Shown here piece after piece: positions 19,116 to 27,695 of a stretch of 64,000 nt of DNA; the stretch's first letter is position 1; each line of letters starts with the position of its first letter. A model generated the notes under the pieces. It saw only the letters and a program-made list of their open reading frames with translations, ran no database searches and was not told where the DNA came from. The DNA is from Candidatus Bathyarchaeota archaeon (GTDB lineage Archaea; Thermoproteota; Bathyarchaeia; TCS64). The translations under genes were made by a program, and so were the position numbers. The stretch lies in the NCBI GenBank assembly GCA_963771885.1, contig CAVYVF010000022.1:256001-320000 (forward strand), given 5' to 3'.

Positions 19116-19152
19116 GGATGATCCCCGAAGAGCGGGGGAAATAAACCGAACC

Positions 19153-19884
19153 CTAGTCGGGGTTCTCCGCACAGGCGACCCTGTAGCTGCTCTTGAGGAG
19201 AGTCTGGGCGTATTCCACGATCGTAGGTCCTATGCCCCCCACCTCGGAAAGGGGACCCGTCAGCTTCTTCGTCTTTCCCGAGGCTGAGGCGTGGATCTCC
19301 GCGGAGGCGAGTTCTTCGATCACCCTTAAGGGCGTGTCGAACTTCTCGAGCAGGTCCTCGGCTGACGTGGTGCCTATCTGCTGGAAGCCGGAGAGGAGGA
19401 AGAGCTGCTGCTTGTTCAGGGGCAAGCTCCTGTCCACGTTTCTGAGTTGTATCGCCCGGTTGTCTTTCGCCTGCTCCCTGTAGGCGAGGCGCTGCAGCAG
19501 AATGGCTGTCGAGTCCGTATCCTCGGTCGGCAGCACACTGATACCGTAGTCGAGGGCGAGGCTGCTGAGGGCCCCGTAGACGGAGGCCGGCTTCATGGCG
19601 CTACGCTTCAACGCCCTGCTGACCTGTCCCTCAAGGATTAGGACGGGCCGCTCATACGCCTCGACCATCGCCTTCGCCTGGCTGAAGAGGCGCCCGTCCT
19701 TCATGCTGCCGAGGAAGTCGGAGACATCCTTGCGCTCGACACCGACACGGTCTGAAACGATATAGTCACACACGGTCAGCTTTTGGATGTCGACGACGAC
19801 GCCGCTGAGGCGCAGATAGTTGAGTATGTCTCGGCGGCTGCTCGCCTCGTTGCTGTCGACGCAGATATGGAGCTCCTCAGGCGT
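19153..19884 (-). CDS. xpf: short XPF/ERCC4 structure-specific nuclease with HhH2 domain
   Basis: ICVDSNE..CDY..VERKDVSDF..DGRLFSQ..LILEG and two HhH motifs; the frame extends upstream of the tracked GTG to an ACG at 19884. Confidence 0.85.
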   Translation of the reverse strand, partial: TPEELHICVDSNEASSRRDILNYLRLSGVVVDIQKLTVCDYIVSDRVGVERKDVSDFLGSMKDGRLFSQAKAMVEAYERPVLILEGQVSRALKRSAMKPASVYGALSSLALDYGISVLPTEDTDSTAILLQRLAYREQAKDNRAIQLRNVDRSLPLNKQQLFLLSGFQQIGTTSAEDLLEKFDTPLRVIEELASAEIHASASGKTKKLTGPLSEVGGIGPTIVEYAQTLLKSSYRVACAENPD

Positions 19885-20635
19885 AGTCCCTCACCTCGAA
19901 CTCCAGCTCGACCTTATGTGGCGACTGGCTCCCTTTCAAGGTCTTCATGAAGCCCAGCACAACATTGGCGAGGGCGGAGCCGGTGAACTTGTTCAGAGGT
20001 ATCACCGAGCCATCGACGCGGAGGACGACATCTGAGCCGTACTTAACGCACTTCTCGGCGTCCTCCTCGCCCGCAAGGATTGCGCGTCCGAGTTCGCCGC
20101 AGGTCTTGAAACCGCATCCCTTGCAGTTCAGCCCCGCGAGGAGCGGGTAGGCGCGCACCTCGACTATGTCGGCGAGGGTGCCGGGGTCGTCGAGGGCAAC
20201 GACGGGCAGGTCGCCTGCCTCGAGCACCTTCTTCTCGACGTCGACGGAGGCGATCTCGAGCCCGATCGTCAGTTTCTCCACCTCCTCGCTGCTCCTCGGT
20301 ACGATGATCCGTGGCGCGATGTCGAGTGTCTTGAAGCCCTCGAGCACGATGAAGTCGACTTCTCCGAGGGTGTCGGCTGCCTTCTGGATGTTCATGGCGC
20401 GCCTGAGGAAGATCGCTGTGCGGTTGTCGGAGAGGATGGCCGTAGAGACGGCGCCCGCCTCGGCGTGCCTGTAGGTGTCCGTCCCCTCCTTGTCAAGAGG
20501 CATATCCTCGGCCGTGTGCTTGAGCGTCCCGACCCTGTGCCCCCTCCTGGTGAGCTCGGCGACGAGCGACTCGACTACGCGCGTCTTCCCAGCCGCCTTG
20601 AAGCCCACTACGGCGACTGCCCTAGGTGCCCCCAT
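19877..20635 (-). CDS. mobB: molybdopterin-guanine dinucleotide biosynthesis protein MobB with Fe-S domain
   Basis: VVGFKAAGKT, LKH, GTDTYRH..AGA, LEGFK, NCKGCGFKTC..C; start ATG 20635. Confidence 0.9.
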   Translation of the reverse strand: MGAPRAVAVVGFKAAGKTRVVESLVAELTRRGHRVGTLKHTAEDMPLDKEGTDTYRHAEAGAVSTAILSDNRTAIFLRRAMNIQKAADTLGEVDFIVLEGFKTLDIAPRIIVPRSSEEVEKLTIGLEIASVDVEKKVLEAGDLPVVALDDPGTLADIVEVRAYPLLAGLNCKGCGFKTCGELGRAILAGEEDAEKCVKYGSDVVLRVDGSVIPLNKFTGSALANVVLGFMKTLKGSQSPHKVELEFEVRDYA

Positions 20636-20716
20636 GCCCAGAAGTTGCCGCGACGCCGTAATAATCCCTGCGGACGCGTTCAACGGATAAATAACAGTGT
20701 GGAGGGGAATCCCTTG

Positions 20717-22075
20717 ATGGTCGAGCTCAGGTTCTACGGAGGAGTCGGGGAGATAGGCGGGAACAAGATTCTCCTCGTCGACGGCGACACGCGCCTCTGG
20801 CTCGACTTCGGCAAGGGCTTCACCTGCGGCGACGACTACTTCACGGGCTACCTCGCCCCGAGGGGTATCGCCGGCCTGAAGGACTACTTCGAGTTCGACC
20901 TGCTCCCAAAGGTCGATGGCCTCTATTCGGAGGAGATGCTCGGGGAGACGGAGGTGCGCCACTGCGAGCCGCGCTTCGATGGCATAATCATCAGCCACGC
21001 CCACGGCGACCACGTCGGCCACCTCGGCTTCGTGGACCCCCGCATACCCGTCCACACTGGCGCGGGGACAAAGCTCTTCATGGAGGCTGCCGACGAGACG
21101 AGCAATTACAGGCTTGGGGATCACGCCTACCACACCTTCCGCACCGACCTCAGCTTCCGCGTCGGCTCCGTCGAGGTGCGCCCGATACACGTCGACCACA
21201 GCATCCCCGGCGCCTACGGCTTCATCATCTACACCTCGAAGGGCCCCCTAGTCTACACGGGCGACATGAGGGCGCATGGCCCAAAGGCAGACATGACCGA
21301 GGAGTTCATCGAGGCGGCCGCCGGCGAGAAGCCCGTCGCTATGATAACGGAGGGCACACGCGTCACCCCTAACGAGGGCAGACAGAGCCTATCCGAGCAG
21401 CAGGTCTACAACGGTGTAGCCGCGACCTGCAACAAGCCCGCCCACAAGGGCAGGCTCATACTCTACACACACGGACCGCGCGACATGGACAGGCTCGGCA
21501 CATTCTACACAGCAGCCGTCGTCTCTGGCAGACGCGTAGTAATAAGCCCGAAGACCGCCCACCTCCTCTCCAAGCTCGTCCGCGACGAGCACCTCGACCT
21601 ACCCGACCCGAGCAAGGACGAGAACATCGCCGTATACTACAGGCGCAAGAAGAGCGGCAGCTACAACGAGAACGACTACTACAAGTGGGAGCGCCCCTTC
21701 CTCGACAGGATGGTGACCCCCACCGAGCTCAAGAAAGACCCCGGCAGGTACATGGTATACATCGACTTCTCCGGACTCACAGAGCTCATCGACATACGCC
21801 CCCAGCGCAGCACCCCCTTCATCTACAGCATGAGCGAGCACTTCACCGAGGACGACGTCGAAGGCACCGTGCTCAGGAACTGGATAGCCCACTTCGGCCT
21901 CGAGTACGTGCAGCTTCACGCCTCGGGGCACATAAGCCGAGGCGAACTCGCCGAGGCGATAACCCGCGTCGGAACACGCAAGCTATTCCCCGTTCACACG
22001 GAGCACCCCGAGATGTTCAAGGAGATGCACGGCGGCACTGTGACGCCAGAGAAGGGGAAGACCTACAGCCTCTAA
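20717..22075 (+). CDS. metallo-beta-lactamase/beta-CASP RNase J-like hydrolase
   Basis: GGVGEIGGN, SHAHGDH, VDHS, YTGD, HASGH, PVHTE; start ATG 20717. Confidence 0.87.
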   Translation: MVELRFYGGVGEIGGNKILLVDGDTRLWLDFGKGFTCGDDYFTGYLAPRGIAGLKDYFEFDLLPKVDGLYSEEMLGETEVRHCEPRFDGIIISHAHGDHVGHLGFVDPRIPVHTGAGTKLFMEAADETSNYRLGDHAYHTFRTDLSFRVGSVEVRPIHVDHSIPGAYGFIIYTSKGPLVYTGDMRAHGPKADMTEEFIEAAAGEKPVAMITEGTRVTPNEGRQSLSEQQVYNGVAATCNKPAHKGRLILYTHGPRDMDRLGTFYTAAVVSGRRVVISPKTAHLLSKLVRDEHLDLPDPSKDENIAVYYRRKKSGSYNENDYYKWERPFLDRMVTPTELKKDPGRYMVYIDFSGLTELIDIRPQRSTPFIYSMSEHFTEDDVEGTVLRNWIAHFGLEYVQLHASGHISRGELAEAITRVGTRKLFPVHTEHPEMFKEMHGGTVTPEKGKTYSL

Positions 22076-23451
22076 TCCTTCCCCTTGAAGGGGTCGACGC
22101 CGGTTATGCAGAATGTGCAGATGTGCCCCAGGGGCAGCCCGATCGACTCGACTATGTTCTCCGGCGTGTTGTAGAGGACGTGGTCGATGCTCGGAAGACC
22201 CTTCGCCACAAGCTCACCTATCTCCTCGATACTCTTCCCCTTGAAGGGCTTCGCGGCGAGCGGCTTGTCCGCTGGGTCGCTGAAGCAGGGGTAGAAGATT
22301 GGGGCGTAGCTGACCAGGAAGTCGACCTCCGTAGCACCTGCCTTACGGAGGCTCTTGGCGACCGACTCGCTGACCGTCCCCCTGACGATGCTGTCGTCGC
22401 AGATGGCGACCTTCTTACCGCCCACGGTGGCGCGTATCACATTGTGCTTCAGGTCACTAGCCGTCTTCCTGAAGTTTGGGTCGTAGATGAGGTATGTACG
22501 GCCCAGGTAGGCGTTCTTTATAATACCCTCGTCCGCGGGGACACCGAGCCCCTCGGCTACACCCGTGCAGACGCTCCTTCCTGAGTCCGGGACCGGGATG
22601 ACGGCCAAGTCCTTCCGCGGCCCCTTCTCGACACCGTACTCCTTCTTGAGGTCGTGGGTCTCCACGAGGGCGTGCCCGAGGTTCTTCCTCGCAGCGTGAA
22701 CACTCTTCCCCTCCATGACAGAGTCGGGGCGCCCGAAGTAGACCCACTCGAAGGCGCAGTGCGCTGGGCGTGGCTCTATCACCTGCTCCTCGTGAATGCC
22801 CTCGGGGCTGGCGTAGATGATCGACCCGGGGACGACGTCACGGCGGTCGTCGAAGATCTCCCCCATCCCCTCCATCACATCGACGGGTGCCGATTCGGAG
22901 GCGACGAAAAGCGTCGTCTTCGTCCTCGCGACATGTAACGGCCTTACGCCGCGCGGGTCACGCGCCGCGAAAAGAGTACTCGTTCCCGCCTTCTTATCGA
23001 GCACGGCGGCGACGAGGCTGTAATAAGCGGTTGGTAGGCTCCACATCGCCTCCTTTAGGGCGGGGATGATACTGGCTCCCTCCAGCTTTGACCTGAGAAC
23101 GTCGAAGAACGCCTTCTCGTTCGAGTCACCCGCCTTCTTCGGCAGGTAGCCATCGATGGCGAGGGCGATCCTATACCTCTCGGTCTCGAGAACCCAGGGG
23201 GTCAGCCCACCCGCCACGTCCTCGCCGGAGGCGCAGCCGACGACTATGTAATCGTCAGGGTGGCTGAACGGCTGATATCTCTCGTCGAAGACTCTTGAGA
23301 CGAGGCCCTGGCCGTTCCATACCCTGAGGCTGCGGTCGCCCGCCGCGGCGACGCCTGCGCTCTCCTGCCCCCTGTGCTGTACACCGTAGAGTGTATAGAG
23401 GCTCTTCCTGCCGACGTCCTCCCGCGCATATACGCCTATAACGCCCTGCAT
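22072..23451 (-). CDS. amidophosphoribosyltransferase (PurF)-like protein with a degenerate glutaminase domain
   Basis: QHRGQESAG, RDPRGVRPL, ASES, CAFEWVYFGRPDS, PVPDSG, DDSIVRGT; begins MQG rather than MCG. Confidence 0.85.
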   Translation of the reverse strand: MQGVIGVYAREDVGRKSLYTLYGVQHRGQESAGVAAAGDRSLRVWNGQGLVSRVFDERYQPFSHPDDYIVVGCASGEDVAGGLTPWVLETERYRIALAIDGYLPKKAGDSNEKAFFDVLRSKLEGASIIPALKEAMWSLPTAYYSLVAAVLDKKAGTSTLFAARDPRGVRPLHVARTKTTLFVASESAPVDVMEGMGEIFDDRRDVVPGSIIYASPEGIHEEQVIEPRPAHCAFEWVYFGRPDSVMEGKSVHAARKNLGHALVETHDLKKEYGVEKGPRKDLAVIPVPDSGRSVCTGVAEGLGVPADEGIIKNAYLGRTYLIYDPNFRKTASDLKHNVIRATVGGKKVAICDDSIVRGTVSESVAKSLRKAGATEVDFLVSYAPIFYPCFSDPADKPLAAKPFKGKSIEEIGELVAKGLPSIDHVLYNTPENIVESIGLPLGHICTFCITGVDPFKGKD

Positions 23452-23490
23452 GCCGTTTCAATCGGCGGAGCGCGGATAAAAAACAGTCGC

Positions 23491-24906
23491 CTAGGAGGCC
23501 ATACTCATCGCCCTGCGCGGCGAGAGGATGAACGGGGGCAGGTAGGCGGGTATGTTACTGAAGGGCAGCACCTCAGGGGCAAGCTTGAGCCCCAGTTTCC
23601 CGGTCATGAACTCCCTACGTGCCTCTATGCGGCCCCACGCCTCGGGATACTTCTCCGATAACTCGCTACGGAGCCTCCGGTCGGCGAGGCAGAGCCCGTC
23701 CTCAATGTTCGACGTGAAGTACCTCGTCCCCGTCCCCGGGATCACGTCCACTTGGATCGCCATGCCGGACACTAGTTTCTCCTTTGACCCCTCGTAGCTG
23801 GGGCTGCTCAGCCACTCGTCGAGGCTCGTGAGGTGGCCCGGGTTGAGGTGGACGCCGAAGAAGGGGTCGCCTATACGCCCGTGAACCGCCTTCCAGAGGT
23901 CACCTCCTGTTGCACCTATCCGGAGCTTTTCGTACCACACGGCCACGGCCTCGAAGTAGGGTGCAACAAGCTTCGGCACGTAGTCCCTGATCTGTCTCGG
24001 CAGCTCCGCCTCTGACTCCACCATGAAGCCGGCGCGACTGTTGAGACTCCCCCATGCCCCGTAGGCCGTCGTGAAGGGTTCGCCCCTCTGGATAACGCGG
24101 CTGCTCGGGCTGGGCAACCCCATCGAGGCGCGAGGCCCAGCGCTAAGCATCAGGTGACAACTCAAAGGCAGCCCGTTAAGACGCATCAACTGCACCGCCT
24201 CGTACTCCGTCATGCCGGGGCGGATGCCGAAGAGGACGCCCCTAAGTGCCTGGCTCGTGAATGTACCCGCGTACTCGAATCGGGCGAGCTGGTCAACGTC
24301 GTTCACGGAACGTAGCCCGCCGACGGGGTGAAGGAGAAGGGTGTTCGCATTGAATACGTTGCCCCTCCCCGCCACTCGGCGTAGAGTGTCCACGATGTAG
24401 CTAGGGATCTCCAGCGCCGCCTCGGGGTCGTCCACCTCGATGACTGTGTAGTACTTCCACCCCGCGGCACCGACCTTGCCGCCCCGCTTGACGCCGCCGA
24501 GGCGGAAGATGCCCTTCAGTGGCCTGCTGTCGCCGCGGGGCTGGCTGACGAGGCTGAAGCTCTGGTAAAGGGCGATTCGAAGCCTCTTCTCGATCGGGCT
24601 GATACTCGTGTACCCCTTTCCCTCGTTGCCGACGACTAGCAGTGGTTTCCCGCACCCCTTCAAGTCAAGGATAAGTAGCGCCTCCTCGAATCGGGGGTCA
24701 TAGCCGGTGAGCCACGTAAGGTTGGCGAAATGCTCACGGTCACCATAGACGACGAACGAGTCGTAGCCCGCGTCTCTCGCCTTCCCGCTCAGGGCTTCGA
24801 TCCTCGCGAGGTACGTCTCAGGGGGTATAACGGGCTCCACAGTTGGAAGCCCGAATTCGGGCAACTCCAGCTCGGCAAGCTCAGCATGGCGCGGCAAACT
24901 GTACAC
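23491..24906 (-). CDS. creatinase/M24-fold protein of unknown function
   Basis: Creatinase-like N domain (YGDREHFANLTWLTG) and pita-bread remnants (RPGMTE, NPGH, IEDG). Confidence 0.65.
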   Translation of the reverse strand: MYSLPRHAELAELELPEFGLPTVEPVIPPETYLARIEALSGKARDAGYDSFVVYGDREHFANLTWLTGYDPRFEEALLILDLKGCGKPLLVVGNEGKGYTSISPIEKRLRIALYQSFSLVSQPRGDSRPLKGIFRLGGVKRGGKVGAAGWKYYTVIEVDDPEAALEIPSYIVDTLRRVAGRGNVFNANTLLLHPVGGLRSVNDVDQLARFEYAGTFTSQALRGVLFGIRPGMTEYEAVQLMRLNGLPLSCHLMLSAGPRASMGLPSPSSRVIQRGEPFTTAYGAWGSLNSRAGFMVESEAELPRQIRDYVPKLVAPYFEAVAVWYEKLRIGATGGDLWKAVHGRIGDPFFGVHLNPGHLTSLDEWLSSPSYEGSKEKLVSGMAIQVDVIPGTGTRYFTSNIEDGLCLADRRLRSELSEKYPEAWGRIEARREFMTGKLGLKLAPEVLPFSNIPAYLPPFILSPRRAMSMAS

Positions 24907-24983
24907 CTAACTGATATTCAGCTGGTTTCAGTTATCAGTCTTAACCCTCGTATTCTTTAGGTAGCACGGTGGAGCGTTGATCG

Positions 24984-26465
24984 ATGGGTTTCTACTTGGG
25001 CATCGACTGCGGATCGCAGGGGACAAAGGCGGTCGTCGTCGATGGGGGTGACGGGCGCGTCGCGGGCAGCGGCTATGTGGGTTATGGCTACATTGAGGGT
25101 CTGCCGCCGGGGCACAGGGAGCAGGAGCCAGGCATCTGGGTCGTAGCAATGATCAAGGCGGTGAGGGACGCCCTCGCCCAAGCAGGTAGCAACAGGGTCG
25201 AGGGCATAGGAGTCTCCGGGCAGCAGCACGGCTTCGTCCCCCTCGACGCCTCGGGGAAGGTCATACGCCCCGCTAAGCTCTGGAATGACACAAGCACCAC
25301 TGAGGAGTGCATGTGGCTCATCGAGCGCCTCGGCGGCATCCGCAGGGTCGTCGAGCTGACGGGTAACACGATACTCCCCGGCTTCACGGCGGGGAAGATA
25401 CTCTGGCTCAAGAACCACGAGCCCGGGAACTACCTCCGCCTCGCCACCGTGCTGCTCCCCCACGACTACCTCAACCTCTGGCTGACTGGACACGCCACGA
25501 TGGAGGCGGGAGACGCCTCTGGGACCGCCCTCATGGATGTCCGCGCCCGGGAGTGGAGAGAGGAGGTCGTTGAGATGATCGACCCCGGCCTTATGGCGAA
25601 GCTGCCGGAGATACAGCCCTCCGGCGAGCCGGCGGGGACGCTGAGGAGGGAAGCGGCGGAGGCACTTGGGCTATCGGAGGGAGTTACAGTAAGTGCGGGC
25701 GGCGGCGACAACATGATGGGCGCCATAGGCACGGGGAACACGCGTCCCGGGATTTTCACCGTCAGCCTCGGCACATCGGGCACGATCTACGCCTACTCGG
25801 CCAAGCCCGTCGTCGACCCCCTCGGCGAGGCACACGCCTTCTGCGACTCAACGGGTGCTTGGCTCCCCCTCGCCTGCACCATGAACGTGACGGTCGCAAC
25901 GGAGGTGGTGAGGGGGCTCCTCGGCCTCAGCCACGGTGGGCTCGAGGAGGCGGTGGACGTTACGCCCGTCGGCTCAAACGGCGTCGTCCTACTGCCCTAT
26001 CTCACGGGAGAGCGGACGCCAAACGTACCAGACGGGAAGGGGGTGCTCTACGGCCTTACACCCGAGAACCTCACACCGGGCAACCTCGCACGCGCCGCTA
26101 TGGAGGGCGCCACGATGGGCTTGAACTTCGGCTTCAACCGCCTCAAGCAGATGGGGATAGAGCCGGGGGAGGTGCGCCTCACGGGTGGCGGCTCGAAGAA
26201 CGGGGCTTGGAGAAGGATGTGCGCCGACGTCTTCGGAGTAGAGACGGTCTGCCTGGGCGTTGACGAAGGCGCAGCCTACGGGGCGGCCCTACAGGCGCTC
26301 TGGACCCGTGAGGGGGGCTCGATCTCTGAGATAACCGACAGGTTCGTGCGCCTCGACGAGGCAACGCGCTCCAAGCCCGACCCAGCGAACGTGGAGAAGT
26401 ACAGGAGACTCCAGGGGCTGCAGGACAGGCTTAGCACCGACCTACGCGGCGTCTTCTCTTCGTAG
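24984..26465 (+). CDS. xylB: xylulokinase (FGGY family)
   Basis: LGIDCGSQGTK, SGQQHG, KLWND, GDASGT, GGGDNM, SLGTSG, GERTP. Confidence 0.9.
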   Translation: MGFYLGIDCGSQGTKAVVVDGGDGRVAGSGYVGYGYIEGLPPGHREQEPGIWVVAMIKAVRDALAQAGSNRVEGIGVSGQQHGFVPLDASGKVIRPAKLWNDTSTTEECMWLIERLGGIRRVVELTGNTILPGFTAGKILWLKNHEPGNYLRLATVLLPHDYLNLWLTGHATMEAGDASGTALMDVRAREWREEVVEMIDPGLMAKLPEIQPSGEPAGTLRREAAEALGLSEGVTVSAGGGDNMMGAIGTGNTRPGIFTVSLGTSGTIYAYSAKPVVDPLGEAHAFCDSTGAWLPLACTMNVTVATEVVRGLLGLSHGGLEEAVDVTPVGSNGVVLLPYLTGERTPNVPDGKGVLYGLTPENLTPGNLARAAMEGATMGLNFGFNRLKQMGIEPGEVRLTGGGSKNGAWRRMCADVFGVETVCLGVDEGAAYGAALQALWTREGGSISEITDRFVRLDEATRSKPDPANVEKYRRLQGLQDRLSTDLRGVFSS

Positions 26466-26503
26466 CGCGGAACTGTTTTACCGCCCCGCGCCACCCTCAT
26501 GCC

Positions 26504-27646
26504 ATGTTAGACCTGAGGCAGCAGAGGACGGAGAGGAGCCCCGAGGAGATGCTCAGGCACCTCAAGGCAACGAAGCTGAAGCCGAGGTTCAGCCTGGGCG
26601 TCTGGTACTTCTACCCCGGCGGGGGGCGCTTCCACGACGCATACGTCGAGAAGGGCACGATCGCGGAGTGCATCGATAAGATCAAGGCAATGAAGGACGC
26701 GGGAATAGTGAACGGCTCCCTCGGCGTCGAGGCTCACTACCCCAACGAGGTCAATAGGGACAACGTCCACCTCTACAAGGAATTGGAGAAGGAGACGGGT
26801 ATTAAGCTCATCACGTGCATCCCGATGCTCTTCTTTGATAGGCAGTTCGAGTTCGGCAGCCTCAGCAACCCGGACGTCAAGGTGCGAAAGGTTGCCACAG
26901 ATCGCCTCATGGAGAGCCTGAGGCTAAACAAGGAGTTGGGTACGGACGTCTGCGTCATCTGGCCGGGGATCGACGGCTACGAGGTCCCTTTCGGCCACGA
27001 TTACTACGGTATGTGGAGCCGATTTGAGGGCGCCGTCGCGGAGGCGATGGACGAGGTCCCCGGGATGCGCGTCGCGATGGAGCCGAAGCCCTACGAGCCC
27101 CGTGGTAACAATATCTATAGGAACACTGCGAACGGCCTCCTCTTCGCGAGGAATGTCGAGGCGCTACTCAAGCACAGGGAGAACGTGAAGCTGCTTAAGG
27201 ATGGGCACGCGATGGTCGGCCTCAACCCGGAGGTAGGCCACGTGCTGATGGGGCATGAGGATCTCCCCGGTGCATTCGCCTCGGTGCTCCGTGAGGGGCG
27301 CCTTGCTCACAGCCACTGGAACAGCCAGCCCCTAGGCAACTACGACCAGGACCTGAACGCTGGCGTCCTCGGAATTGACCAGATGCTCTCCACGCTCCTC
27401 GTCTTCAAGATGTACGCCTATGCGGGCTTCTACGGCATCGATATCAATCCCGAGAGGATGCCCGTTGAGAAGGCAATTACGCTGAACTTGAACGCGTTAA
27501 ACGCGGGGGCCGAGGTTGTTAATGGGCTCGACTATGATTCCCTTGTCCCCGCGATATACGACCCGGCGGGGCATAGGGGAGTCATCGAGGAGACACTCAC
27601 AAAGGCGTGGGCACCGAAGGGAACCAAGCTGAGAAAGCTTTCCTAA
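26504..27646 (+). CDS. xylose-isomerase-family sugar isomerase
   Basis: WPGIDG, EPKPYEP, NPEVGH, YDQDL metal-site motifs; follows xylB. Confidence 0.8.
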   Translation: MLDLRQQRTERSPEEMLRHLKATKLKPRFSLGVWYFYPGGGRFHDAYVEKGTIAECIDKIKAMKDAGIVNGSLGVEAHYPNEVNRDNVHLYKELEKETGIKLITCIPMLFFDRQFEFGSLSNPDVKVRKVATDRLMESLRLNKELGTDVCVIWPGIDGYEVPFGHDYYGMWSRFEGAVAEAMDEVPGMRVAMEPKPYEPRGNNIYRNTANGLLFARNVEALLKHRENVKLLKDGHAMVGLNPEVGHVLMGHEDLPGAFASVLREGRLAHSHWNSQPLGNYDQDLNAGVLGIDQMLSTLLVFKMYAYAGFYGIDINPERMPVEKAITLNLNALNAGAEVVNGLDYDSLVPAIYDPAGHRGVIEETLTKAWAPKGTKLRKLS

Positions 27647-27695
27647 CCTCGTTACTGCTTAAATAAGAGGCTCAATCAATAATCGACGAAAGCCG

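Noticed and set aside
19877..21199. 440-aa MobB and 536-aa RNase ORFs with long overlaps
   Set aside because: The extensions are antisense shadows of each other; the real starts are 20635 and 20717
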